Shown here: in pieces, positions 59,254-64,000 of the stretch
How positions within the stretch are numbered: the stretch's first letter is position 1
How the letters are laid out: each line of letters opens with the position of its first letter
Assembly (NCBI GenBank): GCA_020049465.1
Contig: JAIFKS010000046.1
Span: 3,044 to 67,043 of the forward strand
DNA: 64,000 bases
Source of the DNA: a bacterium
GTDB taxonomy: Bacteria > Krumholzibacteriota > Krumholzibacteriia > LZORAL124-64-63
Direction: 5' to 3'
The notes under the pieces: model-generated
The model's database searches: none
What the model saw: only the letters and a program-made list of their open reading frames with translations
Told to the model about the DNA's origin: nothing
Translations under genes and position numbers: made by a program

Positions 59254-60165
59254 TTACAACTGCAGGAAAGCGCCGGCTTTCTCGATGCAATCACCCAGGG
59301 CGTCGCGGTTCGCCTCGATCAGTTCGACCGGGATGCCTGCGGTTTCGTGCAGGCGGGCCGGGTCGGTCAGGGTCGGGTCGAAGCCCAGGTCACAGCGCGG
59401 CGGCTCGAAGGTGTTGGCCAGGTAATCGGCCAGCGACACGAGGGCGGCCACCTGCTCGTGACGGGCGCGGGCGCGGCCGACGATCACCTGGTGGTGTTCG
59501 CCGAACGAGCGCACCAGCAGCGCCGGGAAGCGCCACGATTCGGCGAAAGCGGCACCCAGTTCCGCATGGTCGAAGCCGAAGGTCTCCCGCTCGAGGTCGC
59601 TGAGCGAACAGCGGCGGAGGTGCCGGTCGGCGATCAGTTTGGCGTAGATCTGCGGCGCGTATACTTCGAGCACGAACTTGCCCATGTCGTGGAGCAGGCC
59701 GGCGGTGAACGCTTCCTCGGGATCGGGGTAGCCCGTCATGCGCGCCAGGTGCTTGGCGATGGCGCCGGTGACCACCGAATGGCGCCACAGTTCCCGGTAG
59801 TCCAACTGGCCGCCCGACTTCTCCACGGAGCTGATCAGGCTGGTCGCGACGGTGATGCAGATGGCGACCTGCCGCACGGTACGGTAGCCGAGCACCGCCA
59901 CGCAGCGGTTGATGTCAGCCAGATCGCCGCGGCTCGAGTAGTAGGGTGAATTGGCCAGGCGCAGGACCTTGGCCATCACCGGGGCGTCCATGCGCACGAC
60001 GCGCGTCAGGTCGGCGGGGCCGCTGGCGGGATCGTCCAGGACCTTCAGGATGCGGATGAGCGTCTCGGGAATCGACGGAAGCTCGTCCACTTCCGCCAGC
60101 ATGCTGCGCACGTCGACCGGTCGGGCCAGGGTCGCCGTCGATGTCATGTCGGTCGTTCCGCTCAT
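59254..60165 (-). CDS. Stand-alone HDOD domain protein
   Basis: LPSIP, D...AKVLRLANSPYY, LWRHS, AFTAGLLHDMGK, GFDHAELG...W.FP. Confidence 0.9.
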   Translation of the reverse strand: MSGTTDMTSTATLARPVDVRSMLAEVDELPSIPETLIRILKVLDDPASGPADLTRVVRMDAPVMAKVLRLANSPYYSSRGDLADINRCVAVLGYRTVRQVAICITVATSLISSVEKSGGQLDYRELWRHSVVTGAIAKHLARMTGYPDPEEAFTAGLLHDMGKFVLEVYAPQIYAKLIADRHLRRCSLSDLERETFGFDHAELGAAFAESWRFPALLVRSFGEHHQVIVGRARARHEQVAALVSLADYLANTFEPPRCDLGFDPTLTDPARLHETAGIPVELIEANRDALGDCIEKAGAFLQL

Positions 60166-60175
60166 GGCTCCGCCT

Positions 60176-61072
60176 TCAGAGGTAGATCTCCATTTCGGTC
60201 TCCAGGGTTTCCTGGAGCACCGCCGCCGCCTGCTCGAACGCCGAACGCGGCAGTCCGAGGATCTGGTTCGCCGGGCTGCCGATTATGTCCAGCTCCGGCA
60301 TGTCGATGAAACCGATGCCCATCTTCTTGCACATCTGGTTGCCCAGATCGAGGTACAACAGCAGCGGATTGTCCGGCGTCAGCGCCTCGGGGTTGTGATG
60401 ATTGAGGATCGCCTCCTCGAGCATCGGCGACAGCTTCCACTTGTTGACCAGCAGCGCACCGACCTGCGTGTGGTCGAAACCGAGAATCTCCGCCTCGGTC
60501 AGGTGGAAGGGCCGGTTCTCGTTGTAGACGACCTGCACCACTTCATCGAATTTCTCGGGCACGCGCAGATTCAGCACCAGCTTGCCGATGTCGTGCATCA
60601 GCCCCGCGAGGAAGGCCTCCTCCGCGAGTCCGGGCACGCGTTCGGCCACGAGCAGTCGGCAGGCGATGGCGCAGCCGATGGAGTGCTCCCACAGCAGGCG
60701 TTCCTTCAGTCCGGTGCGCGACTTGCGGGTGTTGTAGAGGTTGCGCGCCGCGCTGGTGACCACCAGGCTGCGGATCGAGTTGAACCCCAGCATCACGATG
60801 GCTTCGGTCAGTGTCTTGACCTTGCGGCTGCACGAGTACATCGCGCTGTTGGCGATCTTCAGGATGCGGCCGGTCATCGCCTGGTCGTCGGAGATGACCT
60901 GCTGCAGCTGGCTGGCGGAGGTTTCAGGGTCCGACGAGAGCTCGAGCACCTTCGCCGCGACCTGCGGCATCGCCGGCAGGTCGCGCGTCGTCATGACGAT
61001 GCTCTGCAGCCGTTCGGCGGTCTCCGGCGCGAGCAGGGCTACGCTTCCTTCGACCTCGACCGTTGTGCTCAT
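60176..61072 (-). CDS. Stand-alone HDOD domain protein
   Basis: LPAMP, ILKIANSAMY, LWEHS, AFLAGLMHDIGK, GFDHTQVG..W.L; AGGAG before ATG 61072. Confidence 0.9.
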   Translation of the reverse strand: MSTTVEVEGSVALLAPETAERLQSIVMTTRDLPAMPQVAAKVLELSSDPETSASQLQQVISDDQAMTGRILKIANSAMYSCSRKVKTLTEAIVMLGFNSIRSLVVTSAARNLYNTRKSRTGLKERLLWEHSIGCAIACRLLVAERVPGLAEEAFLAGLMHDIGKLVLNLRVPEKFDEVVQVVYNENRPFHLTEAEILGFDHTQVGALLVNKWKLSPMLEEAILNHHNPEALTPDNPLLLYLDLGNQMCKKMGIGFIDMPELDIIGSPANQILGLPRSAFEQAAAVLQETLETEMEIYL

Positions 61073-61157
61073 GCCGACTCCTGGTACCGCCGCCCTGGGG
61101 CGCGGCGCCGACTCCTGCCTGCGGTCCCATCGAATGGACCGGGAAGGGGTTCGGCTT

Positions 61158-61598
61158 TCAACCGACACCCCGGCGGGACATTAGATCGACCCCGCCGGCG
61201 GCCGCCTTTAGGCGGGATTCACCGGAATCGGCCTGCAAACGGGCCAGTTTCTCGCTGGCCCGCCGCAATCGCGTCAGGGCCAGGCTGTAATCGGGGGCCA
61301 GAGCGGATCCGGCCACGGGCATGGCGGAGCCTGCCACGGGGGGCAGGACCGACGCGCGCCCGGCCGCACCGGCCGGGGCGTAGCCGCCGGGGATGGCGCG
61401 GGCCAGGGGCGTCGCCGCCGCCGGAGTCCGGCGCGGGCGGCGCCGGGGCACCCGCCAGTGGATTCTCAGGCGCAGGCGACGGGTCTGCAGCGCCACCGCC
61501 GCGACCAGCAGCGAAGCGCCCAGCGCGGCGGCGGCGGCGGCGCCCCAGAAGAGCGGCCCCTGCTTCGCGGCCAGGTTCTGCAGTCCGGTCAGGTCCAC
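61158..61598 (-). CDS. Hypothetical single-pass membrane protein
   Basis: GTG after GAAAGGA, one hydrophobic helix, co-oriented with fliA. Confidence 0.55.
   Translation of the reverse strand: MDLTGLQNLAAKQGPLFWGAAAAAALGASLLVAAVALQTRRLRLRIHWRVPRRRPRRTPAAATPLARAIPGGYAPAGAAGRASVLPPVAGSAMPVAGSALAPDYSLALTRLRRASEKLARLQADSGESRLKAAAGGVDLMSRRGVG
61183..61210 (-). promoter_or_regulatory. Putative sigma-28 promoter of the HDOD pair
   Basis: TAAA-N16-GTCGATCT inside the 3' end of the upstream ORF; spacer is one nt longer than the enteric consensus. Confidence 0.45.
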
Positions 61599-61619
61599 GT
61601 GTCGTCCTTTCGCGCCGGG

Positions 61620-61958
61620 TCAGGCGCGCAAATCAACCAGGTGACCGAGCGGTGAAGCGTCCTCGGGCGCCACCGCGTCCGCATCGCCTTCCGCTCCATC
61701 GGTGCCGTCGTTCCGTCCGTTGCGGCGCTGCCGCCGCCGCTGCCGTTTGTCCAGCCCCTGCTGATCCGTCTCCAGGCCGCGCTGGGCCTGGTCCTCCTTG
61801 GTCTCCTGCACCTGCCGCGCCTTCAGCTGACCCCGCTGTTCAGCCAGGTCGGCGAACGGCGTTGTCGGCTGCGGTGGGCTGGCCGCCCGCGCCTGGACTT
61901 TGGCGACGTTGCCCAACTGGGCCAGCGTCGTCGGCAGCGATACCCCGTCTCCGGGCAT
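61620..61958 (-). CDS. Hypothetical protein (flagellar-cluster associated)
   Basis: ATG after GAAAGG; Gln-rich and charged; ends GHLVDLRA. Confidence 0.6.
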   Translation of the reverse strand: MPGDGVSLPTTLAQLGNVAKVQARAASPPQPTTPFADLAEQRGQLKARQVQETKEDQAQRGLETDQQGLDKRQRRRQRRNGRNDGTDGAEGDADAVAPEDASPLGHLVDLRA

Positions 61959-62000
61959 GGCTCGTGCCTTTCACAGGGCGCCCGCGCCGTGAGCGCGGAC

Positions 62001-62978
62001 CTACCCCGGCCAGTTGCCGCTGCGGGCCAACCACGTCAGGCACGACGTGAGCTGGAACAGCGACAGACAGGCCATCACGTTGACCGGCTCGAACTCGCGC
62101 CGGCCGGTCTTGACCGGTACGGACAGCGGTTCGTCCTCGCCCACCCGCTCGGTCTCTTCCTGGCGGCGGCGGATCTGCTTCGTGATCTGGCCGATCGAAC
62201 TGCGGCCTTCGTGGCGATCGATCTTGCCCTTCAGGCGCAGGATCGCGCGCGTGTGGATCTGGCAGACGCGGCTCTCGGTCACGTCGAGGATCTCGCCGAT
62301 CTCCTTCAGCGTCAGTTCCTCGTAGTAGTAGAGCACCAGGACGAGCTGTTCCTTCTCCGGCAGCTCGGCCATGCGCGAACCGATGAGGTCCTTCATCTCC
62401 TGCCGCGCGATCACCTTCTCGATGTCCTCGGTGCGCGAGTCGGCCAGGTAGTCGCCCAGGCTGGTCGAATTCTCGCTGTCGTCGCCCGAGGTGTCGGCGT
62501 CCAGGGAAACGATCGTCGCCACGGCCACTTCGCCGATCATGCCGTCCAGTTCGCTCATGTCGATCGACAGGCGCTTGGCCACTTCGGCGTCGGTCGCCGG
62601 CCGGCCCAGCTGGACTTCGAGGGTGCCGTAGGCCTCCTCCAGCATCTTCGCCTTGCGCCGCAGCGAACGGGGGAACCAGTCCTGGCTGCGCAGTTCGTCG
62701 AGGATCGCGCCGCGGATGCGGGGGATCGCGTAGGTCTCGAACTTGATGCCGCGCTCGGGATCGAAATTGTCGACCGCCTGGAGCAGGCCCAGCAGGCCGG
62801 CCGAGATCAGGTCGTTGAATTCGACGTAGTGCGGCAGTCCGATCGCCATCCGACCGGCCACATATTTGACGATCCGGGCGTGGAGATCGACCAGCTCCCG
62901 GCGGGCTTCCTGGCAGTTCTCGCGTCGGTACAAACGCCACAGGTCAAGATTCGGGATGGGGAGCACGGTCTCGATCAT
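62001..62978 (-). CDS. fliA: Flagellar sigma factor sigma-28 (FliA/WhiG) with C-terminal extension
   Basis: DLISAGLLGLL.AVD.FDP.RGIKFETYA..RIRGAILDELR..DW.PRSLR; LYYYEELTLKEIGEIL.VTESRVCQIH. Confidence 0.95.
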   Translation of the reverse strand: MIETVLPIPNLDLWRLYRRENCQEARRELVDLHARIVKYVAGRMAIGLPHYVEFNDLISAGLLGLLQAVDNFDPERGIKFETYAIPRIRGAILDELRSQDWFPRSLRRKAKMLEEAYGTLEVQLGRPATDAEVAKRLSIDMSELDGMIGEVAVATIVSLDADTSGDDSENSTSLGDYLADSRTEDIEKVIARQEMKDLIGSRMAELPEKEQLVLVLYYYEELTLKEIGEILDVTESRVCQIHTRAILRLKGKIDRHEGRSSIGQITKQIRRRQEETERVGEDEPLSVPVKTGRREFEPVNVMACLSLFQLTSCLTWLARSGNWPG

Positions 62979-63042
62979 GCTGGTACCTTTCTGGAGGAAC
63001 GTCTGGACCCCGGGCAGCAGCTTTCATGCCATCGTCGGATCC

Positions 63043-63246
63043 TCAGTTCTTCCCTTCCCGTTCGTGGGCCTCGAGCGCGCCGGACCGCATCAGAAGCAGC
63101 AGAAGCGCGCCCAGGATGAAGAATCCGAGATAGGCGATCGTGGCTCGCTTGAGGACCGCCAGCGTGCCCCACCCCTGCCACAACCCGACCGCCAGGACGC
63201 TGCCGGCGGCGCTGACGGCGACCGTCTGGATGACCTGGGCCATCAA
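63043..63246 (-). CDS. Small two-TM hypothetical protein
   Basis: 67 aa, two hydrophobic helices, start overlaps the flhF-like stop, fills the gap before fliA. Confidence 0.6.
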   Translation of the reverse strand: MMAQVIQTVAVSAAGSVLAVGLWQGWGTLAVLKRATIAYLGFFILGALLLLLMRSGALEAHEREGKN

Positions 63247-64000
63247 CGGCGCACCTCACGATCGAGCCGGCCGGCCGGACCGCCGCGCGCGGGCGCGATC
63301 AGCGCCGCCACGGCCGCCGAGGCCCCGACCGCCAGATCGCCGCCGTGCCGCGGGTTGCTGCCCAGGAGCGAGACGGCCAGCGGCACGGAATCGAGCAGGT
63401 CCAGGAGCTTGCCGGGACGGCGGGTCATGTCCAGACGGGTGATCGCCACCCAGTCGCAGTTCCAGTCGCGCGTCAGCCGGGCCGCGTCCGGCAGATCGGC
63501 CAGGTCGCGGTCCGCCGGCACCACCAGATGGCGGTGGAAGCCCGCGTTCGGCGCCAGCCAGGCGTGCAGAGGGCCGCCGGGCGCCATCGCCGGGTGGTCC
63601 AGACGGGGCAGCTCGACCAGAACCGCGTCGTACGAGCCGAGGTGAGCCTCGGCTTCGGCCAGCTTGTGCGCCTCGTTGATGATCGCGGCGTCGAAACCGT
63701 CGGCTCCGGCGGCTTCCTGCAGCCGGTGGATGTAGGCCGGATCGGCCGGAAGGACGGCCAGCACGAGCGTGCGGCGACCCAGCGCCTGCAGTCGCGCCGC
63801 GGCGGCCAGCACGAGGTCCGAACGGCCGCAGCCGCTGTCGCCCAGGAACGCATGGCATCCGTAGAACCCGTCCCAGCCGCAGTTGCTGGCGCGCAGCTGC
63901 GTCGCCAGCCAGGTGCGCATGGCGTCCAGATCGTTGGTCCTGGCGCCGCGGGAAGCGGCGAACCGCGCCAGCGTCCGCCGCACCACGGCCGGAGAGGCGC
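63243..64000 (-). CDS. flhF: FlhF-like SRP-family GTPase homologue, 3' part, with degenerate motifs
   Basis: FLGDSGCGRS, YDAVLVELP, HLVVPA, ITRLDMT..PG.LL match the FlhF G-domain layout; upstream of fliA; frame open to the window edge. Confidence 0.72.
   Translation of the reverse strand, partial: ASPAVVRRTLARFAASRGARTNDLDAMRTWLATQLRASNCGWDGFYGCHAFLGDSGCGRSDLVLAAAARLQALGRRTLVLAVLPADPAYIHRLQEAAGADGFDAAIINEAHKLAEAEAHLGSYDAVLVELPRLDHPAMAPGGPLHAWLAPNAGFHRHLVVPADRDLADLPDAARLTRDWNCDWVAITRLDMTRRPGKLLDLLDSVPLAVSLLGSNPRHGGDLAVGASAAVAALIAPARGGPAGRLDREVRR

Noticed and set aside
61840-62940. 366-aa alternative-frame ORF overlapping fliA, as a possible frameshift product
   Set aside because: Low-complexity Arg/Gly/Pro content and no slippery site seen; the fliA frame is continuous

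Overview
A 64-kb, gene-dense, very GC-rich (roughly 70% by eye) bacterial chromosomal segment. Nearly all genes lie on the minus strand; only tRNA-Gly, rpsT and an MltD-like gene are on the plus strand. Most of it is housekeeping backbone: miaA, mutL, mutS, lapA/lapB, miaB, mtaB, rpsA, a cmk-plsC fusion, DAHP synthase, hisC, rluB, scpA/scpB, trpS, xerD, uvrC, rpsT, dapF/dapA/dapB, argF, hslU/hslV, xerC, trmFO, topA, smg, secA, slt, purH, purC and comEC. It ends in the distal part of a flagellar cluster (flhF-like, fliA, two HDOD proteins, a sigma-54 activator). A PorV/PorQ-like barrel and an M6 protease with a FlgD-Ig/CTD tail suggest a flagellated, non-Bacteroidota FCB-group organism such as Krumholzibacteriota or Latescibacterota (inference only). 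I found no IS element, prophage or CRISPR array. The most notable signals are: (1) a GAF plus degenerate-GGDEF protein that keeps its RxxD I-site, sits between mutS and mutL, and has a sigma-28-type promoter; (2) an intact diguanylate cyclase overlapping comEC, possibly via a CTG start; (3) an FlhF-like protein with every GTPase motif degenerate and no flhG after it; (4) a FliA with a ~70-aa extension ending in a hydrophobic segment; (5) a ~100-nt purC-purH leader with alternative SD-sequestering folds; (6) ScpA and ScpB with long acidic tails. Product calls come from motifs recognised by eye, not database searches.
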